Source: Vicinamibacteria bacterium (GTDB taxonomy: Bacteria; Acidobacteriota; Vicinamibacteria; Marinacidobacterales; Marinacidobacteraceae). Taken from it: DNA of 64,000 nt. The notes below the pieces were generated by a model. The model was not told where the DNA came from and ran no database searches. It worked only from the letters and a program-made list of their open reading frames with translations. The position numbers and the translations under genes were made by a program. The stretch covers positions 2,844,271 to 2,908,270 of the forward strand of contig OY729431.1 of NCBI GenBank assembly GCA_963422395.1. The letters are read 5' to 3'. How positions within the stretch are numbered: position 1 is the stretch's first letter; each line of letters begins with the position of its first letter. Shown piece by piece: positions 49,301-57,401 of the stretch.

Positions 49301-49561
49301 CGGGAAGCGGCGGCGCGAGATGCATTCTCCGAGCTCGTGCGCCGGGCCCCGGACTCCTCGATCCACTGGGCGAACGCGGGGGCCTTCGAGCAGCGCGCCG
49401 GGCGGTTCTCCGAGGCGCTGCGCCTCTACCGGGAGGCAGTGGACCGCGACCCCGCGAACCTCACCGCCTACCGCGGCCTCCTCACCGCGGCCACCCGAGC
49501 CTCGGACGCAGAAGCGGTCCGGCGGGCGCAGACGGTACTCGGAAGCGGATCCCTGCGGTAG
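46325..49561 (+). CDS. Fused MFS-like/spermidine synthase-like SAM-binding protein with C-terminal TPRs
   Basis: SGFASLAYQIVW, LYAANTAGA, IDGKVDA, VGHGSGVT, ISEPSNPW; TPR-like tail. Confidence 0.88.
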   Translation: MTLPEPRASGGFRRRRPLPESLALPLAAMLLSGFASLAYQIVWVRRFSVVLGTTNAAVTLVLAMFLGGLGLGAVLAGRSGSRLEAAQLARRFLLLELGTVGFAVVLPLYLDMTLPLLRAVPFRSGALFWTGGLAAVFLLPAATLMGAALPTLTALARRVRDRGEGRTAAWLYAANTAGALLGSLGAARVLLPEFGLTGASRCAVGANLAAAALVWIRFGRPSSRRPPADRDCGPALGPTPDPEPVSRRLRFGGIAALSGFAALSAEIGWARLAALLFGPTIYTFACVVAAVILGSALGSAAVGRFLRGRPAPHRWLASIQLGGAAVSAAVAALGDRLVLPIGKLITQNAEDIGRLLDLQLLGTAAALLLPSLALGATFPLAVAGASGAGGERAGRATGTIYAWNAGGNAAGALAAGLLVIPWLGIEAALLSAILAHLAAALLAAPRVLFLSAALAVAVGGAAATRSWDWELLSGGLYKTAPQIETTRHRDFLRRGRLRFLEQGAAATVSVKEVAGELSLSIDGKVDATDGADMLTQQMLAHLPLLLSPRPASVLIVGHGSGVTAGAALRHPVSRVTAAEISPEVARASHLFEAANGAPWRDERFSLLETDARNHLLLTDQTFEVVISEPSNPWMSGVSPLFTVEFFELVRSRLAAGGLFCQWVHLYNLAEDSLRTLIGGFTDVFPETALFVLHDGDALLIGSKGRFPVLPPAEIDRRITRMADALAPYGINDFSAFRGWLTATAPGLSEWSLGAPRHRDDHPILEFRTPLTVHAATASRNRRTLEQLEAEPDFGPFGPAIPPSAAALADRAAGLLLAANPDWALELAERALEIDPGQSSAAETVVRASLAHGKIIEGERILRRVSAAAAPDGPAAIPLHVSLARLLLGARRLDEAAATLESGPEALAADREALLLAAEIQVERAALDSAEALVLAVLRRNPRDAGAAAWLSELSLRQGNPARAAERAAAILAERPETVRALRIRAVALAELGREAAARDAFSELVRRAPDSSIHWANAGAFEQRAGRFSEALRLYREAVDRDPANLTAYRGLLTAATRASDAEAVRRAQTVLGSGSLR

Positions 49562-49630
49562 CGGTCCGCGGCGAAGCGGGTCCCGCCCGAGCCGGAAAGC
49601 GACTCGAGGTACCGGGTCCCGGTTTCCGGA

Positions 49631-50008
49631 TCAGGCCTCGGAGTAGAGCATTCCGGCCAGGTAACCGGCGATCCCCATCTCGACCAGAGTCCAGACGAGG
49701 GCGAGGAACATGCCGTCGGGCGCCATCCCCATGTTCATCATGGCGATCCCGGGGAGCAGGTTGTGGAGGACCCACACCATGACTCCGGCGCAGACCGCCG
49801 CTTTGGCGCCCGCCCCCCAACGGGGACGCGCCACCGCGTACATATAGGCGACCAGGATGCCGAGCACGAAGGCGTACACCACCCAAAGCCCCATGGATCC
49901 GCCTGCCCCCTCGGGCATCGGGATCACGAACATGTTCAGGATGAATTCGCTGACATTGATGAGCAGCCCGGCAACGAGCCCGCCCTTGATGATTCCCGCA
50001 AGGTTCAT
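49631..50008 (-). CDS. Small 4-TM membrane protein, unknown function
   Basis: Hydrophobic ORF with GC-typical codon usage and AGGAG upstream. Confidence 0.75.
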   Translation of the reverse strand: MNLAGIIKGGLVAGLLINVSEFILNMFVIPMPEGAGGSMGLWVVYAFVLGILVAYMYAVARPRWGAGAKAAVCAGVMVWVLHNLLPGIAMMNMGMAPDGMFLALVWTLVEMGIAGYLAGMLYSEA

Positions 50009-50139
50009 GGTCTTTCTCCTCATCCTCTCCGATCGACGATCGAGAGGGGGTGCCTATGTTGCCGGCAGCCGCGGCCGGGTTGCAACCGCGGCCGGGTTAC
50101 GACCGACCGCAGCCGGCAAGGCCGGGCCCGACGCCCGAA

Positions 50140-50886
50140 TCAGCGGCCGCTGATGATGCGGAAGAGGTTCCGGACCGGGTCGTAGAAGCGGTCCACGACC
50201 CGCTCCTTCAACGGGATGATCGCGTTGTCGGTGATCGTGATGTGTTCCGGACACACGCGGGTGCAACACTTGGTGATGTTGCAGTAACCGACACCCTGCG
50301 TTTCCCGGAGTTCCCCGAGCCGGTCCTCGGTGTCCAAGGGGTGCATCTCGAGCGCCGCGGCATGGACGAAGAACCGGGGGCCGATGAACTCGCCGTGCTT
50401 TTGCGAATCCCGCAGTACATGGCAGACATCCTGGCACAGGAAACACTCGATGCACTTCCGGAACTCCTGCACCCGGTCCACATCGCGTTGGTCCATCCGC
50501 CAGGTCCCGTCGGGAGCGTCGGGCGGGCGCGGGCGGAACTTCCGGATCTTCTTCTTGACCTCGAAATTCCAGGAGACATCGGTCACGAGATCCCGGACCA
50601 GCGGGAAGGCTCGCATCGGCTCGACGGTCACCGGCTCGTCTGCCGGGAGATCGCTCATCCGGGTCATGCACAGGAGCCGTGGATCGCCGTTCACCTCGGC
50701 GCTGCAGGAGCCGCACTTACCCGCTTTGCAGTTCCAGCGGACGGCGAGGTCGCCCGCCGATTCTGCCTGGATCTGGTGTACGGCGTCGAGAACCACCATG
50801 CCTTCGGTGATGTCGGTGGCGTAGTCGACGAAAGCGCCGTCCCCGCCGCGCTCCCCGCGCCAGATGCGGAAGGTCCGGGTCGCCAT
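50140..50886 (-). CDS. sdhB: Succinate dehydrogenase/fumarate reductase iron-sulfur subunit (Sdh1 type)
   Basis: WNCKAGKCGSC, KCIECFLCQDVCH, CNITKCCTRVCP. Confidence 0.92.
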   Translation of the reverse strand: MATRTFRIWRGERGGDGAFVDYATDITEGMVVLDAVHQIQAESAGDLAVRWNCKAGKCGSCSAEVNGDPRLLCMTRMSDLPADEPVTVEPMRAFPLVRDLVTDVSWNFEVKKKIRKFRPRPPDAPDGTWRMDQRDVDRVQEFRKCIECFLCQDVCHVLRDSQKHGEFIGPRFFVHAAALEMHPLDTEDRLGELRETQGVGYCNITKCCTRVCPEHITITDNAIIPLKERVVDRFYDPVRNLFRIISGR

Positions 50887-52709
50887 CAGCGGTTCTCCTC
50901 GATGATCTGCTGCAGTTCTTCGCGCGGCGGGATGACCGGTGTCTCGGCGATCTCCATCGCGCCATCCCCGCTCTTCGAGACCACCAGAGTCGTCCTCCCC
51001 CATTTCTCGTCCTTGCCGGGATGGTCCTCGCGGAAATGCGCGCCCCGGCTTTCCTTGCGGAGGGCGGCGGTGCGCGCCACCGCCTCGGACACGAGCAACA
51101 AGTTGGGCAGGTCGAGCGCGGTATGCCATCCGGGGTTGTAGGAACGGTTGCCGGTCACCCGGACCGCTCCCGAGCGCTCCCGGAGTGCGAGTACGCCATC
51201 GACCCCCTCCTCGAGCTCCTGCTGCCGACGCACGATCCCCACTTTCTCCTGCATCAGGTCCTGCAGCTCGCTCTGGATCGCAAAGGGACCCTCGCCGCTT
51301 TCCGAACCGCCCTGCCCAGCGAACGGAACGAGGGCGGCGTGCTCCGCCGACTCTGCCTGATCGGCCTCCGCAGCGGTGCAGTCGGGCCGCGGATTCGCAG
51401 CGGCGAAACCGGCAGCGTGCTCCCCGGCGCGCTTGCCGAAGACGAGCAGGTCGGAGAGCGAGTTGCCGCCGAGCCGGTTGGCGCCGTGGAGTCCGCCGGC
51501 GCATTCTCCGGCAGCGAACAGACCCGGAACCCGCGACATCTGGGTCTCGCCGTCCACCCGGACCCCGCCCATCACATAGTGGGTCGTCGGGCCCACCTCC
51601 ATGGGGTCTTCGGTGATGTCGATCCCGGCCAGCTCCCGGAATTGGTGATACATGCTCGGCAGCTTGCGGCGGATATGCCCCTCGCCGTCCTTCAGCTTTT
51701 CCCGGATCCAGGCGATGTCGAGGAATACCCCGCCGTGCGGGCTGCCCCGGCCCTCCCGGATCTCCCGGACGATGCAGCGGGCCACATGGTCGCGGGTCAG
51801 GAGCTCCGGGGGGCGCCGCGCCTCCTTGTCGCCCTGGGTATAACGCCAGCCTTCCTCGGGATCGCTGGCCGTCTGGTTGGCATAGAGATCGGGAATGTCG
51901 TCGAACAGGAAACGGCGCCCTTCGCTGTTTCGCAACACGCCGCCCTCTCCCCGGACTCCCTCGGTGACCAGGATGCCGCGCACGCTCGGCGGCCAGACCA
52001 TCCCGGTAGGGTGGAACTGGACATACTCCATGTCGATCAGCTCCGCGCCCGCGTGGTAGGCGAGCGCGTGGCCGTCCCCGGTGTATTCCCAGCTGTTCGA
52101 GGTGATCCGGAACGCCCTCCCGATGCCGCCGGTGGCGAGCACCACCGCCGCCGCCCGGAAGAGGCGGAACCGTCCCTTCTCCCGGTCGTACCCGAAGGCG
52201 CCCACTACCCGCCCGCCGTCGGTGAGCAGTCGGGTGATCGTCCACTCCATGTAGATGTCCATCCCGAGATGCACTCCGTGGTCCTGGAGGGTGCGGATCA
52301 TCTCGAGGCCGGTCCGATCGCCCACATGCGCCAGGCGCGGATACTTGTGGCCGCCGAAGTTGCGCTGGAGGATTCGCTCATCCCGGGTGCGGTCGAAGAC
52401 CGCGCCCCACGCCTCGAGTTCCCGAACGCGGACCGGCGCCTCACGGGCATGGAGTTCCGCCATCGTCGGGTCGTTCCCGTACTGGCCGCCGCGCATGGTG
52501 TCGGCGAAATGAATCTTCCAGTCATCCCGGCCGTCCACATTGCCGAGGGCAGCGGCGATCCCGCCCTCGGCCATCACCGTATGCGCCTTCCCGAGCAGGG
52601 ATTTCGTGACGAGGCCCACCCGGGCGCCCGCAGCCGACGCTTCGATCGCCGCCCGGAGGCCGGCGCCGCCGGCGCCGATGACGAGCACATCGTGCTCGGA
52701 GACCAGCAT
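50886..52709 (-). CDS. sdhA: Succinate dehydrogenase/fumarate reductase flavoprotein subunit (Sdh1 type)
   Basis: GAGGAG, KAHTVMAEGG, QFHPTG, TEGVRGEGG, HGANRLGGNSL, ESRGAH. Confidence 0.94.
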   Translation of the reverse strand: MLVSEHDVLVIGAGGAGLRAAIEASAAGARVGLVTKSLLGKAHTVMAEGGIAAALGNVDGRDDWKIHFADTMRGGQYGNDPTMAELHAREAPVRVRELEAWGAVFDRTRDERILQRNFGGHKYPRLAHVGDRTGLEMIRTLQDHGVHLGMDIYMEWTITRLLTDGGRVVGAFGYDREKGRFRLFRAAAVVLATGGIGRAFRITSNSWEYTGDGHALAYHAGAELIDMEYVQFHPTGMVWPPSVRGILVTEGVRGEGGVLRNSEGRRFLFDDIPDLYANQTASDPEEGWRYTQGDKEARRPPELLTRDHVARCIVREIREGRGSPHGGVFLDIAWIREKLKDGEGHIRRKLPSMYHQFRELAGIDITEDPMEVGPTTHYVMGGVRVDGETQMSRVPGLFAAGECAGGLHGANRLGGNSLSDLLVFGKRAGEHAAGFAAANPRPDCTAAEADQAESAEHAALVPFAGQGGSESGEGPFAIQSELQDLMQEKVGIVRRQQELEEGVDGVLALRERSGAVRVTGNRSYNPGWHTALDLPNLLLVSEAVARTAALRKESRGAHFREDHPGKDEKWGRTTLVVSKSGDGAMEIAETPVIPPREELQQIIEENR

Positions 52710-53516
52710 TCAGAAGATCCGGTAGTCGGTCCAGACGCCCATCGAGCAGAGCCGGACATAGAGATCGGAGAAGGCGACCCAGAACAGGCTGCACCAGGCG
52801 AACTTCATATGGCGGAGATTGAGCCAGCTCGAACAGTCGTACGCGCAGCGCTGCGCCGGTCTGCCGGATATCCGGTCGCGGAACCCGCCGACGAGGTGGC
52901 GGAACGAATGGCAGCCGAAGGTGTACCCGCCGAGCAGGATCACATTCATCGTCAGCACCAGGGTGCCGACCCCGACTCCGAACTGCTCCGCGCCGGCCGC
53001 GAGACCGGGGAACCACATCGCCTTCCAAGCGTCGAAGGCGAGGATGCCGATGAACACCACCGCCAGGTAGAGGAAGTAGCGGTGGATATTCTGCAGGAGG
53101 AGCGGGAGGCTGTTCTCCCCGCGGTAGGTCTTCCAGGGTTTGCCGACGGTGCAAGACGCAGGACTCGCCCAGAACGCCTTGTAATAGGAACCCCGGTAGT
53201 AGTAGCAGGTGAGCCGGAACCCAGCCGGCGCCCAGAGGATCAGGAAAGCCGGCGACCAGGGGAGGAATGCCGGCCAGAAGCCCGGTTTCGGGCCGAACCA
53301 AGCGTGATGCGAATCCCCGAAGAGTACCGGCGAATACATCGGCGAAAGGTAGTTGCCGAGTTCGTAGTGGGCGTTTTGGAACGCCGCCCAGGTGGAGTAG
53401 ATGAGAAACCCGGACAGCACCAGAAAAGTGGTCAGGGGGACCGCCCACCAGCGGTCTCGCCTCCGTGTGACTCCGAATCCCTGTTGTTTCGGAAGGACTC
53501 CCGCGACCGCCGGCAC
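52710..53516 (-). CDS. Sdh1-type membrane anchor subunit (Rv0249c-like)
   Basis: YLSPMYSP, GFRLTCYYYR, QNIHRY, YTFGCHSFRH, HMKFAW; start estimated. Confidence 0.85.
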   Translation of the reverse strand: MPAVAGVLPKQQGFGVTRRRDRWWAVPLTTFLVLSGFLIYSTWAAFQNAHYELGNYLSPMYSPVLFGDSHHAWFGPKPGFWPAFLPWSPAFLILWAPAGFRLTCYYYRGSYYKAFWASPASCTVGKPWKTYRGENSLPLLLQNIHRYFLYLAVVFIGILAFDAWKAMWFPGLAAGAEQFGVGVGTLVLTMNVILLGGYTFGCHSFRHLVGGFRDRISGRPAQRCAYDCSSWLNLRHMKFAWCSLFWVAFSDLYVRLCSMGVWTDYRIF

Positions 53517-53553
53517 CGCCGGGCAAGTGTACCAGCGACGCTTCGGATCTCGC

Positions 53554-54372
53554 TCAGTACGCGCAGCGAAAACCGGTGTGGTCCCAGGCAGAGTCCGCGG
53601 CCGCGCGGTTTTCCCAGCCGATGAGGTAGCCCCGACAGGAGTTCTCCGCGCAGAGGAACGATCCGCCGCGGAGGCGGCGGTCGTCGGGGCCTCCGCCGTC
53701 CACCCATTCCCACACATTCCCCGCCATGTCGAACAGGCCGTAGCGGTTCGGAGCGAAACTCCCCACCGGGGCGAGGCCCGGGAAGCGGTCGCCGAGAGCA
53801 GGGTGGAGGGGGAAGAGGCCGTCCCAGAGATTGGCGCGCGGCGGTCCGGCGAAGGGCGCCTGCTCTCCCCACGGGAAAGGGTTCCCCGCCCGCCCGCCCC
53901 GGGCCGCGCGTTCCCATTCGGCCCCTGTCGGCAGCCTTCCTCCGGCGTCCCGGCAAAAGGCGGCAGCATCGTTCCAGCTCACCTGCACCACCGGGTGATC
54001 GTCCGCCGGAAGCGGGCGGTCGGGGCCGCGCGGACGGCGCCAATCCGCGCCGGGGACCATGACCCACCAGGGAGCCCCGGGGACGACGGGTGCCTCGGGG
54101 GGTGCGGTTCCGGGGGCGTGGAAGACGAGCGACCATCCCAGACGCTCGGCGTCGGTGGCGTGGCCGGCACCCGCCGAAAAGGCGGCGAATTCGCCGGTGG
54201 TGGCCTCATTCCGATCCAGGCGAAAAGCCGGAATCCCGTCCCCGGCGGGAATCCACACCGTCCCCGGCGGCCCGACGCCGGCGGAGCATCCCGAAAGCGC
54301 CAGCAGCAGGGCCGCCGCGCGGAAGCGGCTTACACTCGGCGGCTCGGGAGGGGGAAGGGCGGCATGCGGCAC
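53554..54372 (-). CDS. Formylglycine-generating enzyme (SUMF1/FGE-sulfatase) family lipoprotein
   Basis: Lipobox LSGC; HPVVQVSWNDA, RLPTGAEWERAARGG, DMAGNVWEW, RGGSFLC, GFRC; start uncertain. Confidence 0.85.
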   Translation of the reverse strand: MPHAALPPPEPPSVSRFRAAALLLALSGCSAGVGPPGTVWIPAGDGIPAFRLDRNEATTGEFAAFSAGAGHATDAERLGWSLVFHAPGTAPPEAPVVPGAPWWVMVPGADWRRPRGPDRPLPADDHPVVQVSWNDAAAFCRDAGGRLPTGAEWERAARGGRAGNPFPWGEQAPFAGPPRANLWDGLFPLHPALGDRFPGLAPVGSFAPNRYGLFDMAGNVWEWVDGGGPDDRRLRGGSFLCAENSCRGYLIGWENRAAADSAWDHTGFRCAY

Positions 54373-54378
54373 CCGACG

Positions 54379-55098
54379 ATGATGATCCCGGGAGCGCTGG
54401 CGCTGCTGCTGGCCGCGGCTTGCGGGAGTGGCGGGCTCTCGGAGGGTTCCGGGCAGGACGACCCTTTTCGGCACGAAAGGTCGCTGATGGTGCGAAACCA
54501 GATCGAAACCCGCGGAATCCGCGACCGGGCGGTGCTGGCGGCGATGGGGACGGTCCCCCGCGAGCGGTTCGTCCCGGAGCCCCAGCGCCGGAATGCCTAT
54601 GCGGACCATCCGTTGCCGATCGGGGAAGGGCAGACGATTTCCCAGCCGTACATCGTGGCGCTGATGAGCACGCTGGCGCAGCTCCGGCCGGGCGACCGAG
54701 TGCTGGAGATCGGTACCGGCTCCGGCTACCAGGCAGCGATCCTCGCCGAAATCGGCGCGGAGGTGTGGTCCATCGAACGGCTCCCAGGAATCGCCGCGCG
54801 CGCCGAGGCAGTGCTGCGGGAAGGCGGGTACGACAGGGTCCGTCTCCGGGTAGGCGACGGGTACCTCGGCTGGCCGGAAGCCGCTCCCTTCGATCGAATC
54901 GTGGTGACCGCGGCGCCGCCGGAAATCCCCGGGGCGCTCCTCGACCAGCTCGCTCCCGGCGGGCGGCTCGTCGCGCCGGTCGGAGAGGACCCCTGGAATC
55001 AAAGGCTGCTGGTGGCGGTCCGGAACGAAAGCGGGAAGATCGAGATCGCCGACCACGGCGGGGTCGCTTTCGTCCCCATGGTGCCCGGAAAACGCTGA
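54379..55098 (+). CDS. pcm: Protein-L-isoaspartate O-methyltransferase with N-terminal lipoprotein-like signal
   Basis: VPRERFV, GQTISQPY, VLEIGTGSGYQAA, APFDRI.VTAA, FVPMV. Confidence 0.93.
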   Translation: MMIPGALALLLAAACGSGGLSEGSGQDDPFRHERSLMVRNQIETRGIRDRAVLAAMGTVPRERFVPEPQRRNAYADHPLPIGEGQTISQPYIVALMSTLAQLRPGDRVLEIGTGSGYQAAILAEIGAEVWSIERLPGIAARAEAVLREGGYDRVRLRVGDGYLGWPEAAPFDRIVVTAAPPEIPGALLDQLAPGGRLVAPVGEDPWNQRLLVAVRNESGKIEIADHGGVAFVPMVPGKR

Positions 55099-55108
55099 AC
55101 CGTTCGGG

Positions 55109-56179
55109 TTACTCGATAGCCTCGACCCGGTTCGCACCGAGACCGGCGGCGAGGTTCCCGATGCGGCTCGCGGTCCGCTGATCGGTGAACTCCGCGAGCA
55201 AGGGAGCCAGACCGGCGAGCTTCATCTCCAGCACTCTCCGGCGGAGGCGCTTCGGCCTGAGGACCTCGATCCAGTCCCACCAACCGATGACATGGCGGGC
55301 CAGGTCGTCCAGCCCGCCGGCGCGAAAGCGCACTACCGTCGAACCGTCGGGCTCCCGCGTGATCTTCTGGGTCGAATGGAACTTCCACTTCCAGGGCTCG
55401 GGCGCCTGCGGGTGGAACCTCCACTTCACCTGGACCGGCTTCTCGGCATAGGACCCGAAGAACTGCATCAGGTAGTTGGACAACGCATCCTCTGCCAGGA
55501 AATATGGTTCCTCGAGGACTTCCACCTCGCTCATCCGATCGAGGCGAAACTGCATCAGGTCGTCGTCACCATGCAATCTCGCCACCAGGCGCACCGCTCC
55601 ACCGTACACGAGACCGGCGGGCGCCGCCCGCTTCTGCGAGATGCGCCCGGCTTCGTTCTGGTAGCGGAAACGCACCTCATGCCGCTCCAGAATGGCCTGG
55701 CGCAAAGACTCGGTGATGGTTCGGGATACGGGGATGCACGGACCCGGCCGCGAACCGATCCCGAACGCGTCGGTGAGGGCATCGGTATCGGTGCCGGTTT
55801 GCCTGGCGCGTTCCAGCTCTTGCAAAACTCCGTGGAGCCGACTGCGAAGAGCAGTCAGCTGCGCGTGGTGGGGCAGCATCCGGTGTTCGAGGAGTGACTC
55901 GAGCGCGGCGTCCACCGCCGCCATTTCTTCGCTCGTCGGCGGCTGCTGCTGGAACCTGCGCATCCAGATCATGCCGTTGTCGAGCCAGAACCCCTTTTCT
56001 CCGTTTTCCCGCGAATGCTCCTTGAGCTGATCGCCGAAGATGTATCGGGCTTCCTTGACCCAGCGAAGCGCAGTCCGCCGGTTGATTCCAGCCTCTTCTT
56101 CCAGAGCCGCATAGGTCACCGGTTTTCCGCTCAGCAGCTTGCGGAACAGGAATGCCGCCCGGGTGATCGCGCCCGCCAT
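55109..56179 (-). CDS. HTH-WYL-WCX transcriptional regulator (DriD/PafBC-like)
   Basis: N-terminal HTH (INRRTALRW), RPGP, AILERHEVRFRY, FRLDRM, WCX-like IEVLRPKRLR. Confidence 0.85.
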   Translation of the reverse strand: MAGAITRAAFLFRKLLSGKPVTYAALEEEAGINRRTALRWVKEARYIFGDQLKEHSRENGEKGFWLDNGMIWMRRFQQQPPTSEEMAAVDAALESLLEHRMLPHHAQLTALRSRLHGVLQELERARQTGTDTDALTDAFGIGSRPGPCIPVSRTITESLRQAILERHEVRFRYQNEAGRISQKRAAPAGLVYGGAVRLVARLHGDDDLMQFRLDRMSEVEVLEEPYFLAEDALSNYLMQFFGSYAEKPVQVKWRFHPQAPEPWKWKFHSTQKITREPDGSTVVRFRAGGLDDLARHVIGWWDWIEVLRPKRLRRRVLEMKLAGLAPLLAEFTDQRTASRIGNLAAGLGANRVEAIE

Positions 56180-56244
56180 TCGCCTCTCCTGACCTCGTCC
56201 AGGGACACGCCAGTTTTCCCTGCCGGCGGCAATCTGGCGAGATC

Positions 56245-56261
56245 AGGACAGATCCTGTCCT
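56245..56261. promoter_or_regulatory. Perfect inverted repeat, probable WYL-regulator operator
   Basis: AGGACAG-ATC-CTGTCCT in the 103-bp divergent intergenic region. Confidence 0.65.
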
Positions 56262-56282
56262 AACCGCTACGCTTCTTCAAGG

Positions 56283-57401
56283 ATGAAGACCCCACCGTCG
56301 GGCGAGCCTGCGGATGGCGGCGGCTCGGTGCACCCGCTCGTGCTGCTGGGAATGGGGCAGGTCCACCGGTCGCTGCTCCGGATTCTGCAGCGAAAGTCCG
56401 AAGACCTCGCGCGGCGCTACGGGGCCGCGTTCCCGGTGGCCGCCTGCGGTGACCGCGGCGGTTTCGTCCGCGGACCCGGCGCCGAAGGCAGTCGGCTCAC
56501 CGACGCCGCCATTCTCGCCGGCAAGGAAGCCGTCCGGGAAGGGGGCGGCCAACGGGGGAAACGATTGGGAGAACTTCCCGGGGCGGAAAGGATCTCTCTC
56601 GCCGAGGCGCTGTCGCTGGCCGGGCCGCGCGGTATCGTGCTGGACGCCGCCTCCATGGACCTCTCGACCGGAGGCGTCGGACTCCGGGTCGCCCGCGAGG
56701 CACTCGGCCGGGGGCTTTCGGTGGTCTTCGCCAACAAATCGGCGGTGGCACTCGCCTTCGACGAGATCGAATCCCTCGCGGCGGCGCAGGGGGCCGGGAT
56801 CGGCTGGAGCGCCACCGTCTGCGGCGGGCTTCCGGTGGTGAACGCCGGCCGCCGCGATCTGGTCGCCGCCGCGTTCCGGCGGCTCCGCGGCGTGTTCAAT
56901 GCGACGAGCAACCTCGTCCTCGACGGACTCGGCGCCGGACGGCCGCTCGAAGAGGCGGTCGCCGAGGCCAGACGGCGCGGGATCGCCGAGACGGACCCCA
57001 CGAACGATCTCAGCGGCGCCGACACCGCCGCGAAACTGGTCATCCTGGTGCGGACCGTGCTCGGGAGACCGGCCGCGTTCGCCGATGTGGAGCGAGTGGG
57101 GATCGAAGGGGCGGGCCGCCCGGCGAACGGCGAAGCGATCCGGCTCCTCGGAGAAGCAGTGATCGAGGACCGCGGAGTCCGGCTCTCCGTTTCTCCCGTC
57201 GCCGTGCCGCGCGCCAGCTTCTTCGGCGGGATCGGCAGCCTCGACATGGCGGTCGAGTGGGAAACCGATCTCTACGGAGTCCAGCGGCTCTCCTGTACCG
57301 AGGGCGACGCGGTCCCGACCGCGGCGGCGATGCTGCGCGACGCCGTCCACATCGCGCAGGGGAATCCCGCGGGACCGTGGCTTACGATGCGGAACCCATG
57401 A
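56283..57401 (+). CDS. hom: Homoserine dehydrogenase (no ACT domain)
   Basis: LGMGQV, VVFANK, ATVCGGLPV, GVFNATSN, AETDPTNDLSGADTAAKLVIL. Confidence 0.85.
   Translation: MKTPPSGEPADGGGSVHPLVLLGMGQVHRSLLRILQRKSEDLARRYGAAFPVAACGDRGGFVRGPGAEGSRLTDAAILAGKEAVREGGGQRGKRLGELPGAERISLAEALSLAGPRGIVLDAASMDLSTGGVGLRVAREALGRGLSVVFANKSAVALAFDEIESLAAAQGAGIGWSATVCGGLPVVNAGRRDLVAAAFRRLRGVFNATSNLVLDGLGAGRPLEEAVAEARRRGIAETDPTNDLSGADTAAKLVILVRTVLGRPAAFADVERVGIEGAGRPANGEAIRLLGEAVIEDRGVRLSVSPVAVPRASFFGGIGSLDMAVEWETDLYGVQRLSCTEGDAVPTAAAMLRDAVHIAQGNPAGPWLTMRNP

Noticed and set aside
1190-53624. Many long antisense or alternate-frame ORFs (e.g. 1190-3079 +, 11310-14492 -, 29671-32871 -, 51021-53624 +)
   Set aside because: Shadow ORFs of well-supported genes in high-GC DNA; Arg/Pro/Gly-rich with no motifs.
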